From the NCBI GenBank assembly GCA_000182565.2, contig KQ257451.1: a DNA stretch of 64,000 nt. One strand, 5' to 3'. Shown piece after piece: positions 25,543-39,441 of this stretch. The first letter of the stretch is position 1. Each line of letters starts with the position of its first letter. The notes below the pieces were generated by a model, which worked only from the letters and a program-made list of their open reading frames with translations, was not told where the DNA came from and made no database searches. This DNA is from Spizellomyces punctatus DAOM BR117. Taxonomy: Eukaryota. A program made the translations under genes and the position numbers.

Positions 25543-26610
25543 ATACGGCGATGATTGTTGGGTATGGTGATCTGGCAGGTGGTGGGATTGTAAATTGATA
25601 GGATAGCGTTGGGGGAGTGTGTGGCAAATAGGAATGAAATGGATTATAGGGGGATGATTTTGTAACTTTTGCAAATCGTAAATAGAAAAGTGGATAGGTT
25701 GCTCTAGTACGACATCACTATGGGTGGCCCGTCATCACAAATGTGATAATACATTGGCACCAACAAGGCAAAACACAAAAAGAACTACTTTGGCCAAAAT
25801 CAATGTGAAAAAATCCGATTTCATTGTTAGTGAAAAACGTATACCACATAACATTGAGAAGCGCCCAACAAGACAAAAAGGAGCTGGAGCACTGTCAAAA
25901 TACTACAGCGCAAGTCCGAGTCCAATTCAAATGCTTCATCTTAATGATATTGAACAATATCTTAAAGGATCCGTCTGATAAGCATATTATCCATCCCATG
26001 CAAGAAAATGGCGAGGCACTTCAAATGGTACTATCCATTATACGGAATATTTGGTGGGGTGTGATAGATTTTCCAAAATGCAATATCCCAAAGAATCTCA
26101 ATCCCGTTACGAATTAAAAGACTAAGCAAAAGGTGTATGGTTGTCATTCATGGCAAGGTTATGATCGGGTCCATAGATGCGTATCCAAAAATGTAAGAGA
26201 AAAGGAAAAAAGCAATGCAAGCTAGACCCCCATCCGAAATACATCAATTTCTCCATATACTCTTAGCCCAGTAGTTTAACTTTTTATCACATCCATAAAA
26301 GAATGTGCGTACTGCAACATCCAAAAAAGTTCTTATCGTACACAAGTCTAAAAGATATGCATGCGGGAATATACCATCATTGAAAAAGCCAAGATACAGA
26401 CACATACGACTACATACAACCACCATACATACGTACATACAAGAAAAAAATATACCACCGATATCCTCATCTAAAAGAAGAAAAAAACATGCACATACAC
26501 AAACAATCAAAAAAAATGCGACACCAAAAAAAACAACTAAAAAATACTAAAATGCAAAAAACCGACCCACTTTTGCAAAAAACTAAACCCTTCTATCATA
26601 CTCTACGCTT

Positions 26611-29411
26611 TCATCCCCAAACCCTCTTGACCCCTTTCAAAATCCTCTCACCATCAACAGTAACAACTTGCTCACACCTCAAAATATGCAAGATAGCCTC
26701 CCGCCCATAAGACATTAACAAACTCTCAAGCCCCATGAGCACACCCACAGAGATTTTAGAGAGCCCCTCAGAGCCTCCCAACGCAACAAAATCCCAAATC
26801 CTGCACACGGTACCGAAATCAAGGACGCCTTCCCAGCGTTTATGCGGGCCTATTGAGTCGGATCGGTGCCGGCGGATAGGAGGGTCCATGGAACATTGAC
26901 TGAGAAAGAGGGTACGGTACCATTGTGGGAGATAATCGCTCGTCTCGATGCCTAATTGACGGAAATGAGTCCAGAGTTTCGGGAGGTGTGTTCGAAAGAG
27001 GTGATCGTGGGCGGTTGTCAGTGGGGTTGTTGTGTAGTTTAGACGGAGGTTGTAGTGTGCGGTGGGGGCGGTGTGGAAGAGGTGAATGAGGGTAATAAAC
27101 GCCCGCTGCACAAAAAGTTCAATACCCAATTCAGAGAGACACAAAATCGACGTGGATGAAAACTGTACCTCTTCTTCCATGACTGTCAACAACATGGCAC
27201 ACACGCAGTTGATACCTTCCACAAACCCAAGTTCGGGATCATAGAGTGAATAAGCTTTCAATAATCTAGTTAAAGCCGTTTGTCTGGAACACACATAGAA
27301 TGGATAAATACCCAACATCGAGGAAACAAATGTAAAACAAATTTGAGAGCCGTACCCAGGTCCTTGTCGCTGCATAAACCATATATGGTTCCCAAAGGTT
27401 TTGGAAACAGATAAAAGAATATCTGTGTCGTGGGCTGAGGGTTGGGTTTGGAATTCCTAAAGGAAGATCCAATCAGTACAAACTGCATCCAACCAACAAA
27501 AATATGGTCGAGAAGGGATGGTTAGAGGTGGTAACCAACTTACATGGTACTTTTCAATGAAATCCGCTTCAGCCATGCCAATCTGGTCGGGCGTCATGCG
27601 ATCGTAAAGTCCACTCGTCCCCGTAATAAGATGGTACCAGACATGACCACGCCAGAGTTGGGGCACGCCCTTGAAAAGTCGAGAAAAAAACTGTATACTA
27701 CAATCAATACCCACACAATAACAATACCGCAAAAGCAGTCACAAAAACCCACCTTTCCATTCTTGTTGAACGAAAACAATGGGGAAATGGCCACCTTGTT
27801 TGGTACACTCGCTCCTTCAGCAGACAACATCCTCGGCGTTCCACTCGCCTCCCTGGCCCTTTTATCCGCCTCCATAACAGCAGGATGAACAGAAACCTCA
27901 ATAGCCATTCCCCGCCACTTGCGACACCGCTGCTTTTCCGTTTTCAAAAAAGCCGCTTCGGAGAGTTTATCACCTCGTGTCTTATCATCATTGAACACGA
28001 CGAATCCGTACATATCCGCTCTAGAGTACAACTCATCAACAAATTCGAAAAACATGTCGCTGGATTTACGAGAGGAGGCCTCGAGGGATTTACGAGGACG
28101 GTCGCGGCTCGGAGATCGGAATCGGCTTGAAAAGTGTGAACTGGAGCGACCGGAGCGTTGGCTCTTGCTTCGGGTGGGTGGGCGGTCTAAGACGTCAATG
28201 GATTTACGTGGGGGGGAGGGTGAAGAAGGCGGTGTGAGATGATCGCGGAATCGGTATTTGACAGACGGGGTCAGGGATGACCGCGTCGAGCCAGTTGACA
28301 AGGATCCAGTACTCGTCTGACGAGCAAATTGGGAAAAGATCGGTGGCTGCCCTTCAGCGGCGGGTGCGGCCGCTTCGGTGCGCACTGGTGTACGCGGAAA
28401 GGTATGTAGCGGAGTCGGTACGGTAGTAGTGGTGGGTGAGGTCGGCACATGCAGACTCCGGGTATTCCCTCGTGATTGTACAGGCTTTTCATTTGATGAC
28501 GATGACTCGGGTATTGAAAAAGATAGAGGTTTAGGAGATCGACTGGGAGAAGTTTGGAGTATCCCGGTGGATTCAACGGGTCGGGTAGGTTGCGTTGGAG
28601 ATTTCCAAAGACCCGGCATGACACGTCCAAAGAACCCTGGCTTCCCTCCTCCTTCCAAGGTTTTCCGGGGTGGCAGAGTCTTTTTGTCTTGATTTCCATC
28701 AAAGGACGGTCCTGTCTCATCAAATCGCGGTAATGGGCGCCCTTGTCTCGTTGACGGCCCCGTTCTGTCCAACCCACCTCCCATGACCCGCCCACCACTC
28801 GATGGAGACCCCCCTCGATCCCATTCCACACTTCCAAACACCTTTTCAGCAAACTTGCGCCCAGCAGTATCCGGATCATCCGAAAAATCTGAAAACTGAA
28901 CTTTATCTATACGCGATATTATATCATCAAATCCCAATCCAGCCGTCAAGGACCCCAACGTCAACCGATGGTCCTCCAACTCTTGTTTTCGTGTCGCTTT
29001 AACCTGTGGAAGGGATGAGCTACCTTCATACGACCGCCATTGTCTTGGGCCAGTAGCCTTCGTCGGAGGCCGTCGCCCAAACCCAACCGTCTCACCCCTC
29101 TCAAAAGGTTTGAACTCGGTAGACGCTATGCCCCTTACACCCGAATCCGTCCGTTTGCGTGACGCATCATCGTCCTTGTGGTCCACCTCCACCGACCGTA
29201 AAGACGGAACCGTTGATTTCCATTCCTCAATCTTGTCCACCAGGGCAGGCGACGGGAGTGGTATACGACCCATGGTGTCAGTGTCTTGAATGTGAATGGG
29301 GATACGGGGACTGCGTTGGTATTGGCTGGCTCTGGTATGTTCTTGAAGACGTTGTTCGGGGAGGGACGCCGTTCGAGAGGGTGCAGATGGGAGAACGGCG
29401 CCGTTTGTCAT
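26611..29411 (-). CDS. Rab-GAP TBC-domain protein with a long disordered N-terminus, multi-exon
   Basis: Motifs DMYGF, EKQRCRKW, RLFKGVPQLWRGHVWYHL, LLKAYSLYDPELGFVEGINCVCAMLL, YLPQWYRTLF and VCRIWD. Confidence 0.9.
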
Positions 29412-30999
29412 GAGACGTCAAAAAAGAAATGAAAAAAAAAGGTTGGGCGCTTTCTATGTGAACGGGAGGCGAAAGAACTTTCTGCGATACAAGTCTGTCA
29501 GTGTTTATCGAGTTGCAACTTGCCAACCTTGATTGCATGCTGCTAGTAATTCCAACACAAAAAGAGCGCCGCCAAACTCACCTTCGCCTCTAGCCTTTAA
29601 GCACTGAATGCCCAGTGGTAAACAGCTTCCCTACACCGTCCCACTCTTGTAAAGAATAAAGGAAAATATAGACCAAGCGAAGAGCAAGTCCAAGAAGAGA
29701 TTGCGGATGGAAATGAAAATAATAATGTCCAAAAGAAATACCGCCGCCGAGCCGTTAACTTTCAAACCCGCATGGGGGGTTGTTCGCGGTGCAACAAAAA
29801 CTAAAATCAAGTCTTGCTTTTGCTGTCTTGCTTTACAAGAAACAACACACACACAAGTAAGGCACATACGCAAGCCAAAGCAAGCAAGGAAACCCCCAAA
29901 AAGCTGTTGAAAAGCGCAAATAAAAAAAAAAAAAAAAGAACACTATAAAGTGTGCTCAAGAACACTTGCGAGACGCGAACGGTTGAAACTGCCCAAAGGG
30001 AGTGATAAACGCTCTCTTTGTTACAGCCCTCTTAACAAACAAAAGGAACCTACTTTTTAAGCAAAAAAGAAACCCAACTCTTTACAGCACACACTTTTGG
30101 CGACCGATGCACCAGCAAATCATTCAGTTTATCCGTTTTGAACGGCTTTATGTTTATTGTTTCATCGTCATCCAACCATCCTGATCATCCAGGAGACTCC
30201 ATGAGCCGCCTACTACGGGAGGGCTGAGGAAAAAGCTGTCAGAGAACTTTGTACTGGATGGTTGTTGGTAAAAAAGACGTAGTTGTCACAAGTTGGCGGG
30301 CATATCCATCAGTGAAAAACGCCTTTGGCAAATCCTCCACAGAAAACCACCTTTTGTTTATCTCATGCGAGAGCATAACGCTACCGCTTTCGGGAGTAAT
30401 CTGCTAGAATGTGAGCTCTAAAGGAATGAAAAACGCTTGCTTCGGGCCACCAACAACCGCAACATTCACAAATGCCAGCCTCTCAGCACAAGGATGTCCG
30501 CCACTGACCATTCCTACAAACATAAACCAAATGGTTTCATACTCTATCTTGAATGTAAGGTAAACAAACGGTTATCATCGCCCAAAAGTGGTCCTACATA
30601 TCGACATCTGGCTGAAATAACAACATTTCTCAGCATTTCATAGAATCGCTCATTAACATTGCAGGCAAAAAACATGGTCATCAAAGAAAAGCATGTCTGC
30701 CCACGTCATGCACAACAAGCATAAACCTCTATAAGACCATGAAAAACAGCACACAATCAAACAAACATTAAAGGCCAAAACATCAAGACACATTCTACAC
30801 ATGTCCCCAATTTTCATTTTCCAAAAAAAAAAAAAAAAAAAAAGATATACCGTCATCATCATCAACATCATGACACTACAAATGACATGGACAAATAAAA
30901 TGCAAGAAAAAAAAACGAACCCAAATCACATACACCTCTCTATACAAAAGACACATCTAACCTCCCACAACATCACACAAAAGACCAAGAACCACCAAC

Positions 31000-32795
31000 C
31001 TAACAGGTTCCAACGCGAAACACCTCCCACCGCTCAAAAAACTCTTTTTTTTCCTCCTCAGTAATCACAAACTCACTCTCATCGACTCCTTCATCATAGT
31101 AATCTCGTTTATCCCATCCAAGTGTCCGAAGAAACTGTTCCTCCTTCTCAAGAGACGCAGAATACTGGAACGTGGACGAGTAGACATCGTCTTTGGCGGA
31201 ATAAGTGGGCGTCGAGGGGATCGAGGTCGGTGTCGTGCTGCGAGAAGAGGGGGTAGAGAGGGGTGGGAGAGTCGAGGGGATAGGATCGAGAGGGAAAATA
31301 TCATCATCATGGTCGTCGACAGGGTTGGACGTGTCCGAGAAATCTTCATCGGCAACCAGACTCGTGCGACGGGAACTGGAGGTACTGGATCCGCTACTGT
31401 CGTCCACGGGTTGGGGAAAGGAGCCCTTGGTCCGCGGAGAGGCTTTCATACTGCTGCGGAGTTTTGGGCGGTTGGAAATCATGACAGGCGGAGAGGTAAA
31501 ATTGGGTTTCGCCACTGAACGTGTGGGCATGGCCTTGGAGTAAGTGGCGGCACGTGCAATGGGGGGAATCTTGCCAACAGACTTGGACCGTTCGCGGAGG
31601 GAAATGGATTTGCCGTGGAGCTTGGGTTTATCGAGTTTGGGAATGAGAGCTTTGAGGCGGGCAATTTCGGCAGCTTCATCGTCGTCAGGGATTTCATTGT
31701 CTCCTTCGCTTCTGGATCCATTGTTTTGAGGAGGAGCAGCGACAATGGAGACAACGTCCGGTTTGCCCCATGCAACGCGCGGCTTGGAGGGGGCGACAAC
31801 GGGAGCGTTCTTGACGGCGGGCCCCGGTGCATTTCCAAGAGAAGGCTAAAACAAAAAAAAATGTCAATATGATAAACATATACTCGGGACGTCATCAAAA
31901 GTGAATAATTGTTGGTATCACGGCAAAGACTTACAAAGTTGTTCTCAAACGACACAGGTTCGACAATTTCTGTTTCCGCCGGTTCGGGGAACGTGGGTCG
32001 ACCTTCAGACGACGGAGATGTGACCAAGGGCTTAAAAGCTCCAAGTGTGGATGAATTCAACTGAGGCCAGGGTTGCTGGCGTGCGGGTGCCGGTGCCGGT
32101 GCAGGAGCAGGCACTGAAGCAGGAGCACGCCAGGCTGGCGCCACGATCCCATTTTGAGACGTGTGCCGCTCACGACGTTCACCGCGGCGTCCCTGGTGAA
32201 AGCCCGGATGGGCGGCCGAAGCCGACGGATGGGCAGGCGCAGCACCCCATACATTTCCATTGCCGTTCGTTCCCTGAACGGGGGATCCACCCCAAGCACC
32301 CGAGGTGCCATTCGTTCCGTTAGTCGTTCCCGAATTCGTCCCCTGAAGGATTCCCTGATGGGATCCCTGTAGACTTGAACCTCCCCACGCACTCGCATTT
32401 CCATTGCCGTTGGTTCCTGTTACCGGCCCCCAAACATTCGAACTCGAGTGACCATTCCCCCACGCAGATGAATTTCCATTGCTAGTAGGCAAATATCCAT
32501 TGCCGTTTGTACCTGCAGTCTGCCCATTTGTCATTGTCGTAGTCGTCGTAGTGCTAGTAACTCGTCCCATGGCACCGCCGGGACCCAACACCAGGTCCTT
32601 TGTCCCAAATGAACCCAGAGCCGAGGAAGCGCTAGCTGTCCTCGGCCGCGCCTGACTATTGTGATGCGAGCGTAGTTGCTGTTGTTGTTGGATTCCGCTC
32701 CCACCACTGTGGGTAGCTGTGCGCGGTCGAGGTCCCTGCATCAGAGATGGCTGGGTGTTTGAGGACGACCACCTCGGGACAAAGGCCTTGTCCAT
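31000..32795 (-). CDS. Vasculin/GPBP1-like protein, 2 exons (intron 31846-31934)
   Basis: N-terminal AFVPRW, spliced FENNF|PSL, and C-terminal SASLEKEEQFLRTLGWD...ITEEEKKEF match the three conserved vasculin blocks as I recall them (DFVPAW, DFPSL, SLEAEHRLLKxMGW...LTEDE). Confidence 0.75.
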
Positions 32796-33245
32796 GCTTT
32801 TGCGTTTGACACACACACACAACCACCACAGGCTCGCGAGCGGAGGGGTGGTTCACCGAGGTCCCTAACGGCGTGCCGAGGAAAAGGTGAGGGGAACCGC
32901 ACGCAAGCCAAAAGTGCCCCACTGTCCAAAAAAGTCCCAAAAGTGCACCAACAGCGTTCGAACGGTTTCAAAGGGGTATAACGAGGTATGTGAGAGGTAG
33001 CGGTTATACTAGTGTCCTTTCCAGTAGAGAGTTGCAAGGCAAACGAGCGGGCAAACAAGGGACACACGCAGAGAGAAAGGACAGGAGACCGCAACAAAGT
33101 AAGAGAGCGCAAGTGAGACCGAGAGAGGATACAATGTGATGGGCGCAGGGAAAGGCGAGAGTCCAAGGGAAGCTCCTCCAAAAGCTCAAGCAGAAAGGCG
33201 AGGAGGATAAAGTGTGCGTAAGACCGTTCAAAGCAAGCAAACAAA

Positions 33246-33272
<27 letters not shown>
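33246..33272. repeat. (GT)n microsatellite
   Basis: About 13 uninterrupted GT units. Confidence 0.95.
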
Positions 33273-33276
<4 letters not shown>

Positions 33277-35250
33277 AAGGGAACTTGTCCAACTGTCAAG
33301 AGGTGGCAGGAAACAGGGCTGTTTCGCAGTTACGAGTGCGCAGTTGCGGGGTGTGGTAACGTTTGTTGCAAACGTGGAATGTACTCGAGGGTTGAAAGAA
33401 AGCTAAAGTGTCAATTGCAGAGAGGTGTAAAAGGACGACGACGACGACAATAAAAAAAAAAAAAGGGACAACGACGACGAACAACTCAAAAGAAGAAGAA
33501 GACGGAAGAAGGGCAGAACACGTGTGTGGCAAGACGGAAGGCGTCACTCCAAAAAAGAAACAAAAAAAAAAAATAGTAAGAGAATTCAACAACGGAGCGA
33601 TAATGGGAATGAAGGGCGAGAGCGATGAATGAAAAAAGCGAGGTAGCCAAAAGAAGATGTCGTCGTCGGTTGAAATGCAAGTAAGTCGTTCAGTTCTCGT
33701 TGAGCCTGATACCACACACAAAGACGAGTTGGCAAGTTCTTTCTGCAAGTGTGTGATATCTTGTTCTTGTTGCGCTCTTTTTTCAATGGGAGGGATTCCA
33801 AGTCCTTTTTCACAAACTTGCTCTTGTAAAAAACGTGAAATGAATTGCCAAAATGCTTGTAAACCCCGTAGGAAATGTCCTTGTCCCCACCAACTCTTTT
33901 TCCCCACTATTTTGTCTCACTTACAAAGTCACAACGCCTCTTGTCTTGTCACGTGAATGCTATGGGGATTTCACACTTTCAAGGCTTTTCAACGAGAGAT
34001 GATTTATGCAAGAGATATTGGAGACAAAGAACAATGTATAGTGATGGGACATGAAGGAGCGTTTTGCTATGTGCATTGCAACTGGCGAGGAAAGAGAGCG
34101 TTGACTATTGGATTACCCACTTGGAGCAAGAAATTCTTTGTCTCATGAGATGCAACTCTTTTTTACTGGTATGATCCACATTATGCATTAAAGAGTCGTA
34201 ATGCAAATGCATCAAAAGAGCAGAATTCGGCATGTGCCGGGTATACGTCTAGGAGCCAGAGCGGAATGGCAACTCTACGAATCGTAAACTGTACCCTGCT
34301 TCCAATTCCAAGTGTGCGCACATCAAAAGTGTTCAAAATCATCCCTTTTGCCTTGTAGCCCCCACTCCCTCCAACTCTTTGCAAAACGCTCTACAAAAAA
34401 GGTTCCTTGGAGGGCAAAACACACACACACACTCAAAGAAAGGAGACAAAAAACCCCGGAAACTCTCCCCCAAATGCACTAATTAACGCTTGTTTCTCCG
34501 TTCGCTTAGCTGCGTGCCTCTCCTCCTTTTAATCCCTTCTTGTTCGGACACTCTCGGACAACAATCATGAACACCTTTTCTCCTCCGTTTTTTTTTTTTT
34601 ATAAAACTCCTTGCAATTGATAACACTGCAACTCCCCCATAAAAAAGACCCCCAATTTTCAGCCTTGAACTCTCCAAGCGCGCTTATATCCCTCGTTTAT
34701 TTTCTTTGCCAGGTGATCGAGGTCTTTCTTAAAAGTAAACGCAAAACGTCATTGAGGATTGTTTGGCCCGCGTCTCTCTTGTATTATATAAAGGGCTCCC
34801 TTCTTGACGAGGACGCTTAGAGTCGCATATATTTTATTTTTTTTTTTGTGTTGAAAGGTGAGTGTTGGATGAAAACAAAGAGTAACAGCTTGGGTTGGGC
34901 AAAAGTGGTCATAGCGGTTATGGCGCCCGCCCATACAATCGTGTAGACTCGCCCGTGTACGCGGGGTGTTTGCAAGGGCAGGCGGGCAAGGACAAGCGCA
35001 GCAACGCTGGGTGGGCCGACTCGTCGTCCCTTCCTTTGGAGGAGGGAGATAGGACGGGAATCATATGGAAAGGCTATCAGTTAAAGTCCTGCTGTGCCCG
35101 CTACTTTCGACAGCCTTGCGTGTCGACCAACAGCGTTTGTTCCTCACACAACCCTTTTGCCTTGCAGATACCAACTACGTAAAATACACACACACACACA
35201 GAGATCCGACTAGCCCACTGGCGCCCTAATATCCCTAAACACGCAAGAAA

Positions 35251-36728
35251 ATGCCGATATCCACTGGCCCAGCGACTACCGGCGGCAGCACGACCGGGTA
35301 CCCCTACTGCACGCTCCTCACTTCCGATTCCTACCTCCCAGGCGCTCTCGTCCTGGCCTCCTCCCTCCGCGCCACTATTACGCGGCACCCGCTCGTCTGC
35401 CTCGTCCCCACCAACGCCCTCTCCCCGTCCGCAAACGCCGCTCTCCAGCAGGCTTATGATAGAGTCGTGGAAGTTCCCCTCTTGCGCTCAGCAAATACAG
35501 AGAACCTGACGTTATTGGGGAGGTTGGATCTCGACATTACGTTGACAAAACTCCATGTATTCAATCCAGATGTGGTGGGATATGAACGTGTCGTGTTCAT
35601 GGATGCCGATGTGATGGTGACGCGGAATGTGGATACCCTGTTTACGTACTTGGACGGTGATGTGGTCTTTGCAGCTGCACCCGATATTGGCTGGCCAGAT
35701 TGTTTCAATTCCGGTGTGTTTTGTCTCAAGCCTTCTCGGAACCTGTTTGAAGGCTTGGTCCGAATGGCGACGACAGGTGGTAGTTTTGATGGAGGTGATC
35801 AGGGTGTGCTGAACCAGTTTTTTTCGTCGTGGGCTTCGGGCGTCCCGCGGCCTGGTTCGGCGTTTCATCGAACGGGGAGGTTACCTTTCACGTTCAATGT
35901 CACGCCCACTTCGTTTTACTCGTACCTGCCAGCATTGGTCCATTTCTACAATGATATTTCGGCTGTGCATTTTATCGGGGCTCAAAAACCATGGCAGATG
36001 TCTAGGAATGGGGAAGGAAGTGTTGATGCGTAAGTAAACGTACTCACTTTTTTGACTTTTTTGCATCCCGTAATTCAAAGAGTACGCCTTCACACAGAAG
36101 CGGAAAACAAAATGGACCCATGAAAGAATTCATCACCAGGTGGTGGCAATTCTACGATGCCGTCAAGCACGTTTACAACGTCGCCACCAAATCCGTTTCC
36201 TCCTCTGCTCATCCCACGGTGCATCATCCCACCCCGGTCTACCATAACCTCCACGCAACCACTCATACGCAAAACGCGTCTAGCACAGCGTACACGAACC
36301 CGGTGACCGACTTTTCCAACTACCGGGTCGCATGGGATGAACGTGAAGCGTCCCCTGTCCGCACGACCTTTGTAGATGACCTTGACCCCGTCTTTTCCCC
36401 GACGGAACCTGAAGCCCTCTACCCAGACATGATATCCACCCTTGAATCCCCTATTACCGGCCCTTCCAAAGCTGGTCCTTCCAAGGCACCCTCTAAACCC
36501 ACTCCCAAACCCATTTCCCCTGATACCACGAAATCTGCCGACCTGGGCACCTACCGCGTCGGCTGGAACCCCACTGAACTCGGCCTCCGCGTCGTTGATT
36601 CTTCGACCGCCAGTCTCCCCCCTCAAGAAGATGAGGCTTTTGACGAAGAAAACCAAGAAGCCTTCATGGCAAGACTCAAGAGGCCTAAAAGTGCTATTGC
36701 GGCTGCGCATGATGAGTTGGGTATGTAG
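35251..36728 (+). CDS. GYG: Glycogenin (GT8), 2 exons
   Basis: Motifs YLPGALVL, TKLH, VFMDAD, AAAPDIGWPDCFNSGVF, SFDGGDQGVLN, FYSYLPA (autoglucosylated Tyr region) and VHFIGAQKPW. The intron starts at 36030 (GC|GTAAGT...CACAG|A). Confidence 0.95.
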
Positions 36729-37725
36729 ACGTAATTTGATTATTGGTTTGGGAGTATCAACTCAGGTGGGATTGCATAGGGAAACTAAAGGGAAAAAGCT
36801 TTGCGAGGTAGAGTTTGTGTGTGTGTGTGGGAGGGAATAGATGAGATTATTTACAAAAAAAAAAAAAAGTGAGGAAAGAAAACAATAAATGGTTATTTTT
36901 TTATTGAGCTTTTTTTTTTTTTGGTTAGTATCTATGCATTTTTATATTTTTGAACTCTACTGTAGATCCCATGGCGAAACTTGGCTTTAATTTGCCTATA
37001 CCACCATCTTTTTAAACGTATTTCGTTGGAATATCCGTCAGAACAGAGTTGAGCGACCAATATAGAACCTGTGATAACCTTGGTTTTTACAGGTATTTTG
37101 ACAACACAAAAACAACGCATTAGCAAAAGAACTATGAAATGTCCCCATTTTTATGGGTTGAGCTTGACACCCTTGGGATCCAATATTTGAAATAACCATA
37201 TTAGTAAACACCAAACAGCCGCAAAAACTAACATACGGAAATAACATGATCAATAGAAATAGTGCATGTTTGCATCCCTCGGATATGTCCCTTTGAGATT
37301 CTTGCCGGTTTATGCAAATGCGATAGCCAAAAAAAAAAACAGGCATGTAAAAGTTTTTTGGATCGCATTGCATACATTTAAGCGCCATGTCAAAACCAAA
37401 ACTTCCAAAACATTATCAACAAATCGCAAAACTGTTGCTTGGGTTGCTCTCTCAGATCGATACAGACATCATCCACATGTCCGATCTCTAAAAAACATGC
37501 AACAGCTCGGAACGACACCAAGCAAAAACATTAAGACGCAATCTATTTACACCACAAAACCCATACAATATTACAACATGAAAAGAATAAAAAAAAAGTT
37601 TCCTGTCCATACACCGGTCCCACCACTCTATCCAACCCAAACAAAACAAGAAAGAATGTACATTTTAAAAAAAGTCCATACCATAGAACCGTTCCTTGCG
37701 ATGGGGGGTATCCAAAATGTATAAA

Positions 37726-39441
37726 CTACATATTCAACCAAACATGTGCCGCAACATCATGAATCGAAGCCCGTCGGGAGGGCCTTTTTTCCAACATACA
37801 GTCCAAAAGATCCATACATTGCGGTGACAAGCGGTGTTTGGGGAACGTGTAAGCGTGTTGAGCAGCTTGAGCAGGGGTCGTAAAGGGGACTTCGCCGTTG
37901 AGCATAATGTAGAGACAACATCCTAAAGCCCAAATCTCGGCTTCAGGACCCCGGTATTTTTCACCGCGGAGGATTTCAGGGGATGCGTATTGGATAGTTC
38001 TAATGGATTCAATAAGTCATTTTTGCATAATGGTCAAATAAAACGCAGTTTGAATAACGAACCCCAAGAACCGATCAAAAAGCTTTCCGGTAGGTTGAGG
38101 GACAAAAGCCGCTGACCCAAAGTCAATCAATTTGACACAAAAGTGTTCGTCAACGAGGATATTCTCGTCCTTGATATCCCGATGCACGATCCCGAGGGAA
38201 TGCAAGTGCTTGATGGCGGAAATGATTTGACGAAACACAAAGCGGGCTTGGGATTCCGTTAAACGGTCATGTTGTTCAATACATCTAGATTTTTAATCAG
38301 TACCAGCGGTCAAAAAAAACAAAATAAAACAGTCGTTGTACGTACTCAAAGAGGTCCATAGAAGGCCGTCTTGTCAATTTCGGAATCATCATGGGCGACA
38401 AGGGAGGTGAAGCCGGTGCGCTGCCTGACGAAACCATCCCACCCGACGCCCGCTCGCCAGGAAAAAACGAGGTAGGTGTAATGGGAGTAAGAGTTTGCGT
38501 CGGTGGTGGTGCAGATGATTCTCCAGACGGGTCAGATCGCGTAGAAGTCCAAGGTGCACCATGAAGTTCAGTAATGAGATAGAAAAAGGTCATGTCTTCA
38601 AAGAAATCAAGGTATGTAATGATATTGTCGTGTTGGATCTAATAACACAAATACTTTGTTATTATCCATTGCCTGCAAGCGTTCAAGGGCAAAATAGAAA
38701 CGGCAAACTTACATTTTTCAACATGAAAACTTCCATGGGTACAACGCCCAACTCTGCATCCCGAGCCCATCCTTGCGCAGGCACCTTGCTCTTTACGATA
38801 AACTTGCAAGCAACTTCCCGCTCATCACACTTTCGCACCGCCGAACAAACAAATCCAAACCCGCCACTCCCAAGTTCTTGACCAAGGGTATACATACTCA
38901 CAAACGCAGCATTCAACTGATGTCGGTTCAAGTACCGTTCCGCCATCGAGTCGGCTGGAGTAGGTGGGTCTGGAGATGGGTAGGCTTGCTGTGCTTTTGT
39001 TTTCGGAGGAGGGAGTTGTTGGGCGACATGTTGCGGGTAGGGGTATCGCTGCAATGGTACAGCTACCGGCCGTGGTGGCAAGGGCTTGTTGGGCGGTGGA
39101 CACGCAGGAGGAAGATTGGCAGTCGATACGGCGAGTTTGGAGGGTTTGGCACGCGATGAGATGGGAACCCGCGGTGGGATCGACGCGTTTGTTGCTTTTC
39201 GCGCAGACGAGGACGTTAATGTGTAGTGCGAATGGCTATCATGCGTCGAGAACGAATGTTGTTGTTGTTGTTGTTGGTGTTGTTGTTGTTGTGGATGCTG
39301 ATGATGAAGAAGGTGGTGGTGATGTTGAGGAGCTTCTGTAAAGAGCCGGCGAGCTTGAAGTGGCTCACGCTTTGCTTGCTGATGTTGGGGAAACGGCAGA
39401 GGCATCGAAGACGATACATACGGAACGTGTAGGTCAAACAT
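37726..39441 (-). CDS. Ser/Thr kinase with a PAS-kinase/PIM-like catalytic domain and a Q/H/P-rich N-terminus, 4 coding exons
   Basis: Motifs [74 protein letters not shown]. Stop at 37726-37728. Confidence 0.92.

Noticed and set aside
33296-33907. 203-aa ORF upstream of the vasculin-like gene
   Set aside because: Non-ATG start, and it runs through poly-T and simple repeats; more consistent with leader or promoter sequence.
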